Part shown: piece by piece, positions 19,396 to 26,859 of the stretch
Layout of the letters: every line of letters begins with the position of its first letter
Position numbering within the stretch: the stretch's first letter is position 1
From: a virus
Lineage: Duplodnaviria > Caudoviricetes
DNA length: 38,048 nt
Reading direction: 5' to 3' (one strand)
IMG/VR virus record: IMGVR_UViG_3300025127_000099
Coordinates: 1-38,048 of that record
Translations under genes and position numbers: made by a program
The notes under the pieces: generated by a model
Seen by the model: only the letters and a program-made list of their open reading frames with translations
Databases searched by the model: none
Told to the model about the DNA's origin: nothing

Positions 19396-21005
19396 CATCG
19401 TTCCGGGGCGATCACTGGAATCTTTATGCCAAAGATTGTATAGAGAGTTTTATCAAATACTGGCCTGAAGACACGAAACTCTATGCTTATTACAACGATT
19501 GGCCTGAACGTGGTCTTCAATCGTACGATCCCAAAAGAGTAGAGTTCATAGATATAATGGGTTCTTCTCAAGAACTGTGCGAGTTTTTTAAAAGGTACAA
19601 AAGCCCAAAGGATACACCAAACTGGAGAACAGATGTTAAACGATGGGCATACAAAGTCTACACTGAGTATGAGTTCTTTGTAAAAAATCCACCAAAGTGT
19701 GATGTGGGTATATGGATTGATGCTGATACCGTAACATACAACGACATACCAAAAGCTAAACTTGAAGAGTGGATGCCTAAAGATAAAGACATAGCTGTGC
19801 TTGGTCGTGAGGCAGTAAATTATATAGAAGCTGGTTTTGTTATGATGCAGATGACAGAACTTAATAAAGCTTTGTTTGCAGATTTATTTGGAGTGTGGGA
19901 CTCTGGTGAAATTTATAATTATAAAGAATGGCACGATGCTTTTGTGTTTACTAGAATCATGAATCTACATCAAGCACACGGCTTACAAGTTAATAATCTA
20001 TCACCATACTGTGCTGATCTCAATGCATTTGAAGCATCGCCACTTGTTAGGTATATGTATCACAATAAAGGTTTGTTAAAATTTAAACAAGAACAAGCTA
20101 ACCAAGAGGCACCGAACACAAAAGTCAAAGCAAAGAAAACAGAAGATTCAAATAAAAAACCTATAGTGGTAACACCACAGGACTGTATGCCTATTGAAGA
20201 TATTCGTATGAATATACTTACAAATGCCAAACGTATGCCTACGGCTATAACCAAACGATGTCAGTGGAATGATGAAGAGGTAGCTATCGTATCAGCTGGT
20301 CCGTCTCTTAAAAAAAGTTTTAGAGAAATACAACAACTACAGAACAGAGGGGTTAGGATTGTATGTGTTAAGCATAGTCACAATACACTTCTTGAAAATA
20401 ATATTCAACCGTGGGCATGTACAATTTTAGATCCAAGACCCTTCAATGAAAAATCTACACATGGTTATGTACGTAAAGAATTGTTAGCTGAGCCACATCC
20501 ACGAGTAATGTATTGGGTGGCAACTATGTCCAATCCTGATGTGGTTACACACTTACTCGATAAAAAAGCAAAGGTTGTAGCTTGGGATGCTTATTGTAAT
20601 GCAATAGAGGGATGGGACTTTTTTAAAGATAGACTGCTTATTACCGGTGGCACGTGTGCTGGTATGAGGTCAATAGGTTTGTTACATACACTTGGGTTCA
20701 GAACAATGCATCTATATGGTTTTGATTCGTGCATCGAAGGTGAACCAGAAAACAAAGATGAGTTAGCTGAAGACGGTCGTAAGAAATGGTTGAAGGTATC
20801 GGTCGGTGAAGACAATAAGCCATATTGGACAACAGGTGAATTACTGGCTCAAGCTCAAGACTTTGAGAAGCTTATGCAAAGAGAAGAAATAGATCTTGAT
20901 ATTCACGTTCATGGTGATGGTTTGGTCAAAGCATTATGGGACGATGGGTTAAAAGATAAGATAGAAAAAACAACATACAAGGAGATCTTCGATGACATCC
21001 CGTAA
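19374..21005 (+). CDS. Fusion of a GT-A glycosyltransferase with a Maf/MptE-like (DUF115) domain
   Basis: N-half: RWAYKVY, IWIDADT, EAGF, EWHDAFVF, H.KG. C-half: AIVSAGPSL, LDPR, GGTCAG.R...L...LGFRTMHLYGFDSC. Confidence 0.7.
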   Translation: MPTFSLVTSFRGDHWNLYAKDCIESFIKYWPEDTKLYAYYNDWPERGLQSYDPKRVEFIDIMGSSQELCEFFKRYKSPKDTPNWRTDVKRWAYKVYTEYEFFVKNPPKCDVGIWIDADTVTYNDIPKAKLEEWMPKDKDIAVLGREAVNYIEAGFVMMQMTELNKALFADLFGVWDSGEIYNYKEWHDAFVFTRIMNLHQAHGLQVNNLSPYCADLNAFEASPLVRYMYHNKGLLKFKQEQANQEAPNTKVKAKKTEDSNKKPIVVTPQDCMPIEDIRMNILTNAKRMPTAITKRCQWNDEEVAIVSAGPSLKKSFREIQQLQNRGVRIVCVKHSHNTLLENNIQPWACTILDPRPFNEKSTHGYVRKELLAEPHPRVMYWVATMSNPDVVTHLLDKKAKVVAWDAYCNAIEGWDFFKDRLLITGGTCAGMRSIGLLHTLGFRTMHLYGFDSCIEGEPENKDELAEDGRKKWLKVSVGEDNKPYWTTGELLAQAQDFEKLMQREEIDLDIHVHGDGLVKALWDDGLKDKIEKTTYKEIFDDIP

Positions 21006-21900
21006 AGTAGTAGGAGTATTTTTAAATTCAGCTGTGCATCAGCCACATATTAATACACTGACAGCTATGACTCATGGCATCAGAGAAACAACAGATAACC
21101 TTGTGTTCTTATCTAACTCAACTAAATATATGGATTGTGATATAGCCGTTATATTTGGATCGTGGAAAGATAGACACACAAAACATCACTTATTAAAAAA
21201 AGATGTGGTTACTAAACATAAAGGTGACTTGCTTGTAATTGAAACACCATTGCTTGGACGAACTATAACAGAAGATCATAGATATTATAGAGTTGGTAAG
21301 GGTCACTACATGGATACCCTTGGTTATTTTAATAATAAAAAATCTGACAAAGATAGATGGGGTATCCTACGAACCGATCTTGGTTTAGACATAAAAGATT
21401 GGAGAAAAGATGGTAAACATATAATGTTTCTTATGCAGTTGCCTGGAGATGCGGCAACAGCTAATGTTGACATACTTAAATGGTTACAGGATGAGATAGT
21501 TAAATGTAAAAAAATATCTGACAGACCTGTTAGAGTTCGTATGCATCCGTTAATATCATCTTATGACCTATCTAAATTTGAAGAGTTTGTGGAAAAACAA
21601 AAAGATGTCAGCATGGTATTCGGACATAAAAATCCGATTGCGATGGATTTGGAAGATTGTTGGGCTACAGTTTCGTTTACAAGTGGAGGGGCTGTGGATA
21701 GTCTCCTTGCTGGTATCCCTGTTATTACACCTAGTAATCTTAACTTTGCTTATCCAATATCATCCCATTCCATTGAAGATGTAGAAAATCCAAAGATGGA
21801 AGATCGTCAACAATTATTTAATGATATTGCATACACACAGTGGACAATAACAGAGATGGCACATGGATTACCTTACAAACATTTAATTAATAATGACTGA
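20992..21900 (+). CDS. Capsule-biosynthesis (KpsC/KpsS-like) glycosyltransferase
   Basis: MQLPGD, VRVRMHP and TSGGAVDSLLAGIPV match the Q..D / HP / S..G.EAL..G.PV motifs of this family. YTQWT C-terminus. Confidence 0.65.
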   Translation: MTSRKVVGVFLNSAVHQPHINTLTAMTHGIRETTDNLVFLSNSTKYMDCDIAVIFGSWKDRHTKHHLLKKDVVTKHKGDLLVIETPLLGRTITEDHRYYRVGKGHYMDTLGYFNNKKSDKDRWGILRTDLGLDIKDWRKDGKHIMFLMQLPGDAATANVDILKWLQDEIVKCKKISDRPVRVRMHPLISSYDLSKFEEFVEKQKDVSMVFGHKNPIAMDLEDCWATVSFTSGGAVDSLLAGIPVITPSNLNFAYPISSHSIEDVENPKMEDRQQLFNDIAYTQWTITEMAHGLPYKHLINND

Positions 21901-22216
21901 TAATAAAGATAAAGATAAAGATGTTGTTGTGCATCTATTTAAAGACAAGTCTGAGCACATAATGTCAAAGGATGCAGTCAGTCAAATGCCACAGGATAAT
22001 TTTACAAACATAGTTGTTGATCATTTAGATGTCATTAAGGAAGATGCTAATAAATATAAAGCTACCGGTATCATAACTGTTTTGTTTGATGATCGAGGCC
22101 CTATCATAGATTATTTTGCAGGTAGTGTTAACTTAAACTCAGCCTATGTTTTGATGGACCAACTAAAGGGTGTTATATTAGATAAGATAGAACAAGCACA
22201 AGAGGGAATTGAATAA
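21893..22216 (+). CDS. Hypothetical protein
   Basis: Overlaps both neighbours, with phage-like codon use. Confidence 0.6.
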   Translation: MTDNKDKDKDVVVHLFKDKSEHIMSKDAVSQMPQDNFTNIVVDHLDVIKEDANKYKATGIITVLFDDRGPIIDYFAGSVNLNSAYVLMDQLKGVILDKIEQAQEGIE

Positions 22217-22626
22217 TGTTAACAGCACTTATAGGTCCAGTCACTGGGCTACTTGATAAATTCATAGAAGACAAAGACCAAAAAGCACGTCTGGCTCACG
22301 ACATAGCTACCATGTCCGAAAAACATGCGAATGCTTTGGCAAAAGAACAGGCTAAAGCTAACACCGAAGCAGCTAAACATCCGAGTATGTTTGTAGCCGG
22401 TGCAAGACCTGCAATCATGTGGGTGTGTGCAATCGGTTTATTTGTAAACTTCTTTATCTTACCACTAATGACTTGGTTCACAGCTTTGTTTGCACCAGAA
22501 ATAAATATGCCAAACTTTGTGGACACAGGTGAACTTATTTCTCTGACCATTGCATTACTCGGCATGGGTGGACTCCGTAGTTGGGAAAAGACAAAAGGGG
22601 TTGCAAGAGAGAATATGAAGAAGTAA
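22216..22626 (+). CDS. 3-TM holin (GTA holin / DUF3154-like)
   Basis: LIGPVTGLLDKFIEDKDQK, EA.H.SMFVAGARPAIMWVC, LLGMGGLRSWEKTKGV. Confidence 0.85.
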   Translation: MLTALIGPVTGLLDKFIEDKDQKARLAHDIATMSEKHANALAKEQAKANTEAAKHPSMFVAGARPAIMWVCAIGLFVNFFILPLMTWFTALFAPEINMPNFVDTGELISLTIALLGMGGLRSWEKTKGVARENMKK

Positions 22627-22629
22627 AAT
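22601..22629 (+). promoter_or_regulatory. Sigma70 promoter for the pqqA unit
   Basis: TTGCAA (22601-06)-N17-TAAAAT (22624-29). The predicted start near 22636 lies at the foot of the leader hairpin. Confidence 0.6.
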
Positions 22630-22637
22630 AAAAAGAT

Positions 22638-22693
22638 CAGTGGACTGCGGTCATTCGATGACAACCAGCACTGTTTGTTAACCTATAAACAAA
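22638..22693 (+). promoter_or_regulatory. Structured 5' leader of pqqA (two hairpins)
   Basis: CAGTG/CACTG (22638-42/22669-73) encloses CTG/CAG and GTCAT-TCG-ATGAC. TTTGTT/AACAAA (22674-79/22688-93) follows directly before the GGAG SD. Confidence 0.55.
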
Positions 22694-22703
22694 TGGAGTT
22701 GAT

Positions 22704-22778
22704 ATGTGGTCTAAACCTATTATCACAGAAATAGCAGTCGGTCTTGAGATCAATAGCTATGCATGTGCAGAAAAATAA
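22704..22778 (+). CDS. pqqA: Pyrroloquinoline quinone precursor peptide PqqA (24 aa, MWSKPIITEIAVGLEINSYACAEK)
   Basis: GGAG SD at 22695-98. W-x-x-P N-terminus and G-[LMF]-E-x-x-x-Y core (E15, Y19). Typical length. Followed by a terminator hairpin. Confidence 0.9.
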   Translation: MWSKPIITEIAVGLEINSYACAEK

Positions 22779-23067
22779 TATAGTAGTGGGAGCCTTAGTG
22801 CTCCCTTTACTTCTTTCATTTTGCGATCCAGTTGTAGCTACTAACGGTAGACTATACGATCAACTCAATCAATATTACGTAACTTGCAGACTAACCAAAG
22901 AACAGATAGTCAAACCTTTTTTTGGAGAAGATTCTGTCAAATGCTTTTATACATGCACAGATAAGGATACTATGGTTATAACAACGCATAGTAATTTTGC
23001 TTGTGAAAAACAAATACAGAGTCCAAGAGGAGACAAAAGAGATTGGAGAGGTCGATTGAAATACTAA
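22759..23067 (+). CDS. Putative exported Cys-rich small protein (start uncertain)
   Basis: Signal-like KNNIVVGALVLPLLLSFC followed by four more Cys. Overlaps the pqqA 3' end and its hairpin. Confidence 0.45.
   Translation: MHVQKNNIVVGALVLPLLLSFCDPVVATNGRLYDQLNQYYVTCRLTKEQIVKPFFGEDSVKCFYTCTDKDTMVITTHSNFACEKQIQSPRGDKRDWRGRLKY
22788..22821 (+). terminator. Rho-independent terminator after pqqA
   Basis: GGGAGC-CTTAGT-GCTCCC stem-loop followed by the T-rich TTTACTTCTTTCATTT. Confidence 0.6.
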
Positions 23068-23162
23068 GGCTACGAGATTGTAGTGGTGAAAGATTTCCAA
23101 GAAACAAGAACAGAATATTAGGTTATAGAAATCCAGTTAAATATTATGGTAAAAGAAGTTAA
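23043..23162 (+). CDS. Possible 39-aa basic peptide
   Basis: AGGAG at 23028-32 and TTG start. Reads ..ILRLRDCSGERFPRNKNRILGYRNPVKYYGKRS and stops right at the terminator. Confidence 0.3.
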   Translation: MERSIEILRLRDCSGERFPRNKNRILGYRNPVKYYGKRS

Positions 23163-23196
23163 ATCTCTAGAGGTTTACGGTCCCACCTCTAGAGAT
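23163..23196. terminator. Bidirectional terminator at the convergence of the two genome arms
   Basis: Perfect 12-bp inverted repeat ATCTCTAGAGGT / ACCTCTAGAGAT with a 10-nt loop and T-rich tails on both strands. Confidence 0.8.
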
Positions 23197-23231
23197 CCTT
23201 TTGACGACGTTGTTTCAATTAAGAGTATATA

Positions 23232-23657
23232 TTATTTTGTAGCTTGGTCAAGTAAATTACGCACAATTTTTGAAGATGATTCGGTCTTTGTTCCACCTAT
23301 ATTAAATAGCATAGGAATGTTGTGTTCAAAACAATAATCCATCTCTGGTGTGGATGTGGGTATACGATCACCTCCGTTAGCAAAAGCAAATTTAATTTTA
23401 TCTTTACATAAACACTGTAAGTTTTTTACAACTGTATCGTCGTCATCCTTTCCTTTAATAATTTTATCTATATATTTATTTGATTCAACAATTAGTGATC
23501 GTTCATCGTACGATAATACGTTGTAACCTTTCTTTCTTTGTAACCATTTGTCAGTATTTATTATTGCCCATACACTTCCCATTGTACGAGCTTGTTTAAA
23601 CATATTTATATGTCCAGAATGTAGGGGATCAAAGCCCCCACTCACCACTATAATCAT
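23232..23657 (-). CDS. Cytidylyltransferase family protein (TagD/RfaE-like)
   Basis: VSGGFDPLHSGH (HxGH), FANGGDR, K.ESSS motifs. Confidence 0.85.
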   Translation of the reverse strand: MIIVVSGGFDPLHSGHINMFKQARTMGSVWAIINTDKWLQRKKGYNVLSYDERSLIVESNKYIDKIIKGKDDDDTVVKNLQCLCKDKIKFAFANGGDRIPTSTPEMDYCFEHNIPMLFNIGGTKTESSSKIVRNLLDQATK

Positions 23658-23976
23658 GACTTATCCTTGTTATATCGTTTTCATCTAGTTTTTCACCCTC
23701 CCAAATCTCAAAAACCCTTACATGGCCATTAGAAGCACGTAGACAATGAAGTGTATTTCTTGGGATATAAACCCTATGGCCGGGTAGAAATGTCCACCAG
23801 TGATCGTCTATGAGGGCCGTCGCTTCGCCACTTTGTATTTTCCAGTGCTCATCTCTATATTTATGGTATTGAACAGACATTCCTCGACCTGGATACACAT
23901 GTAATATTTTTATAACTCTAGTTGGTGTTTGTTTTAATACTTTGTAATGTCCCCAAGGTCGTGAAACAATATTCAT
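23629..23976 (-). CDS. Cupin, type II mannose-6-phosphate isomerase C-terminal-like
   Basis: RPWGHY, PG..MSVQYHKYRDEHW, IP....H.L, L.ENDI.R motifs. Confidence 0.85.
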   Translation of the reverse strand: MNIVSRPWGHYKVLKQTPTRVIKILHVYPGRGMSVQYHKYRDEHWKIQSGEATALIDDHWWTFLPGHRVYIPRNTLHCLRASNGHVRVFEIWEGEKLDENDITRISHDYSGEWGL

Positions 23977-24065
23977 TATGTAACAGAAAGCATAAAAATT
24001 AATATAAGTTGTATAGCCAACACTGCTAATACAAATTTAAGTAATGACCAAAGAAATCTTTCCAT
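23976..24065 (-). CDS. 29-aa single-TM peptide (MERFLWSLLKFVLAVLAIQLILIFMLSVT)
   Basis: Fills the gap between two genes exactly, with a TAATG overlap into the cupin start. Not in the ORF track. Confidence 0.6.
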   Translation of the reverse strand: MERFLWSLLKFVLAVLAIQLILIFMLSVT

Positions 24066-24066
24066 A

Positions 24067-24633
24067 TTATCTAAACGGTGGACCCATGAACCAACACACT
24101 AAACTGTGTCGAGTTCCCTCTGTTACGGCTTTTATTCTATGAAGATAAAATGAAGGAAATATAATCATATCACCTTTGTTTTTAAATCCTTCAATCGGTT
24201 CTATCTTACCATCCATATTTTTAATTTGTAATATACCACCTTTATAGTCTTCAAAATTAGATAACTGTACAACCATAGATAGTTTTCTAACTAATCCAGG
24301 ATAAGGCCCATCAAACTCTGGAGGATAAATATCTCGGTGCCATTGATAGTGTTGCCCCTTTTTATATTCTGTAAACTGTGGACACTGTAGATTAGTAACA
24401 TCAAACATGTACTCTTCATTGTTTACTTTAGATGCAATTTCACATAACTTAGGGACGATCCAATGATCAAGAGGATACCACCTTACTTTAGAGTTTCTAT
24501 CTTTTTTAAGATTAGCCTCTTTTTTCCACATTACCCCTGCCAACTGTTCAGAATAGTTAGGCGACTCCTTTATCATTTCATCACATAATTTTTCTGGTAC
24601 AGCTTTTGGTATGGTCACAAATGTTTTATACAT
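24067..24633 (-). CDS. 2OG-Fe(II) oxygenase (prolyl-hydroxylase-like)
   Basis: HxD in WHRD, RKLS, YKGG.L, FPSFYLHR, GTRHSLVCW. Confidence 0.88.
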   Translation of the reverse strand: MYKTFVTIPKAVPEKLCDEMIKESPNYSEQLAGVMWKKEANLKKDRNSKVRWYPLDHWIVPKLCEIASKVNNEEYMFDVTNLQCPQFTEYKKGQHYQWHRDIYPPEFDGPYPGLVRKLSMVVQLSNFEDYKGGILQIKNMDGKIEPIEGFKNKGDMIIFPSFYLHRIKAVTEGTRHSLVCWFMGPPFR

Positions 24634-26620
24634 CTACAACCTCACATGAGTTGGCACTACATGCAAGAGTTTGGGAAGACTTTGTGTTATCATCTTGTTC
24701 ATATAGTGCTAAATCATTCCAATTAATTTTATTTGGTTGACTCTTTTTTAACTCATTATACATATCTTTGTCAATGTCTTCATAAGGTGCTTGTTGATAT
24801 ATGTGACCAAAGTTTGGTAGAAAAGAAACACCACTGAGATCATCAAAGTTTCTCCAACACCAATCAGCAACACCTAACCACTCGTCTTCATTAACCGATA
24901 TGGTTATACTTGGTTTGTGTTCGCACCAATATTTAGCATAGACCAACCAATGATCAAGCTGTTCAATAGCTGATCTTCTATTACGAGTGATACATCCACT
25001 TGGTGATTTTTCTACAAAAGAAAAAACAGCAGTTGCATCTGGTTTCATAACACAATCTTCTGTTGGTATGTTTTGTGATTGTAAAAACTGTGTCAAAGGA
25101 TCTTTCTTATCACCTCTAACTCTACGAATATAATGTTCGTTATGTCTGGCATGTATACCTGATGCGGCATTGACTAATTGTGATACAGTTCCTGATGGTT
25201 TGACACATGTGATAGCCGTTGCTTGATTAATACCAAATCGTTTAGCCCATACCTTATTTACATCCACGGCTTTTTGTTTCATTCTTTCTAACAAGTCTGG
25301 AAGTATTGATTGATTATAAACGTCACCAGATAATATTTTGTGATCCATGATACCAGTTAATGACACACCAAGAAGTCTTTCTTTTTCTGTGGTATCTTTC
25401 CATTGTCTACGAAGATATTTAAAACTGGTGAGTGTAGACTGCATAGTTCCAAGAATAGTTGCGGCCTCTACTTTATCAAGTAGATCTTCTTCTTGATCTG
25501 ATTCACGAACAACCACCTCAGATAGATTACAAAACTGAAACGGTCTTAAAATTATTTCTGAACATGGGTTGGTTCCAAACTCATAGCTGTCATCACGTCT
25601 TTTGTTTCTACCGGCAACCGTCTTTGATGCTTGTCTATTAAATATACCTCGTTCACCACTACCTGATTTATATAGAGCTAACCACTCCTCCATGAATGTA
25701 CCGATGTTATCTGGTTTTGTTTCATACACAGCTGAGTTATTAGATAATGCACGTTGTGATTCTACTCTGTACCACTCACCAGACTTGGCATCTCTCATGT
25801 CTCTATCATTTAAATCTGATAAACTAATCATAGCTGATCGTCTGACACCACCAACTACAACAATCTCACCAACTTTACACACAAGATCGTGACACTCTAA
25901 CGGGGTAAGTTTTCTTCCTTTGGCTTTAATAAAGGTTTCTTTTGAAAAGTTGAAGAGGTCAACGAGAGGTGCAGGACCCGAAGCTCTTCCACCGAAAGTT
26001 TGAAGTCGTGCCCCTGCCGGTCGCACATTAGAAATATCCCACCTGGGGATTTGCCCGGCATACAATAGTGTAAGGACTTCCCGAAATGCTTTTGCCCAAC
26101 CAAGTTTAGAGTCCCTGACCACGACCACAGACTCTGTATTATGGAAATCATCAGCAACACTAGGCAAATGTTCTGTATATTTTTTTTCAACACTGAAACC
26201 AACTCCCGTCCCACACATAAGTACATAAAGTATTTCATCAAAAGCTTTCGGATGATCCACCGGTATGTAAGAACAATTATACCCTGCAATGTTTTCTTTT
26301 TCAAGAGCTGGTCCAGCTGTCATTAATGCTCTCATTGATGGCATTACATCTAAATTTAAAACTTTATTTTCAAGATACTTTCTTGTCTTTTCATCTATCT
26401 TATACTTGCAATTCTTTTCTATTTGTTTTTCAAAAAAATCAAAATAACGAGACACAGTTTCGTGCCACTCTTCTCTACGTTTTTTTTCAGGTAGCCATCT
26501 AGCATACCTAGATTTATGAATGAACTGTTGGTAAACAGTTGGTAATTGTTTATTTAATTTATTATTACCTTCAACATTTCTTTCGTGTGTTGTTTGATTA
26601 AATATAGTTGTAGTCGTCAT
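24626..26620 (-). CDS. nrdJ: Class II adenosylcobalamin-dependent ribonucleotide reductase (monomeric RTPR-like)
   Basis: SRYARW, PSMRALM.AG, YNCSY, GTGVGFSVE, VVVGGVRRSA, GTNPCSEI, TCVKPSGTVSQL, C-terminal ACSANSC. No beta-subunit gene. Confidence 0.92.
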   Translation of the reverse strand: MTTTTIFNQTTHERNVEGNNKLNKQLPTVYQQFIHKSRYARWLPEKKRREEWHETVSRYFDFFEKQIEKNCKYKIDEKTRKYLENKVLNLDVMPSMRALMTAGPALEKENIAGYNCSYIPVDHPKAFDEILYVLMCGTGVGFSVEKKYTEHLPSVADDFHNTESVVVVRDSKLGWAKAFREVLTLLYAGQIPRWDISNVRPAGARLQTFGGRASGPAPLVDLFNFSKETFIKAKGRKLTPLECHDLVCKVGEIVVVGGVRRSAMISLSDLNDRDMRDAKSGEWYRVESQRALSNNSAVYETKPDNIGTFMEEWLALYKSGSGERGIFNRQASKTVAGRNKRRDDSYEFGTNPCSEIILRPFQFCNLSEVVVRESDQEEDLLDKVEAATILGTMQSTLTSFKYLRRQWKDTTEKERLLGVSLTGIMDHKILSGDVYNQSILPDLLERMKQKAVDVNKVWAKRFGINQATAITCVKPSGTVSQLVNAASGIHARHNEHYIRRVRGDKKDPLTQFLQSQNIPTEDCVMKPDATAVFSFVEKSPSGCITRNRRSAIEQLDHWLVYAKYWCEHKPSITISVNEDEWLGVADWCWRNFDDLSGVSFLPNFGHIYQQAPYEDIDKDMYNELKKSQPNKINWNDLALYEQDDNTKSSQTLACSANSCEVVDV

Positions 26621-26859
26621 CGTCTCCCTTTCATTTTAAAAATATTTCTTATATGTGTTAGTGTCATAAATATATTTAATATAATTATAAAGTATAAATT
26701 GTTTTTAATTGACCAAGCCCACCAAAATACTTGCGATACTAACCCGATCCAAGGTGCTCGTGGTGATTTATTACCATAAAAGTAAACAGATACACATGCA
26801 CTAATGGAAGCTAATATTTCTAGTAAAGGGAAGGTGTCATAAGGTAATAAGTCTAACAT
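26617..26859 (-). CDS. Small 3-TM membrane protein, half-size PnuC-like
   Basis: Three hydrophobic segments, with GNK...PWIGLVSQVFWWAW pattern. Confidence 0.55.
   Translation of the reverse strand: MLDLLPYDTFPLLEILASISACVSVYFYGNKSPRAPWIGLVSQVFWWAWSIKNNLYFIIILNIFMTLTHIRNIFKMKGRR

Noticed and set aside
22636-22700. tRNA or tmRNA fragment
   Set aside because: No cloverleaf, T-loop consensus or CCA end. No tRNA genes were recognised anywhere in the window.
21893-23067. Endolysin beside the holin
   Set aside because: Neither flanking ORF shows lysozyme, amidase or peptidase motifs, so the endolysin probably lies outside the window.
23146-23337. 63-aa plus-strand ORF across the arm junction
   Set aside because: It runs through the bidirectional terminator and antisense into the cytidylyltransferase gene.
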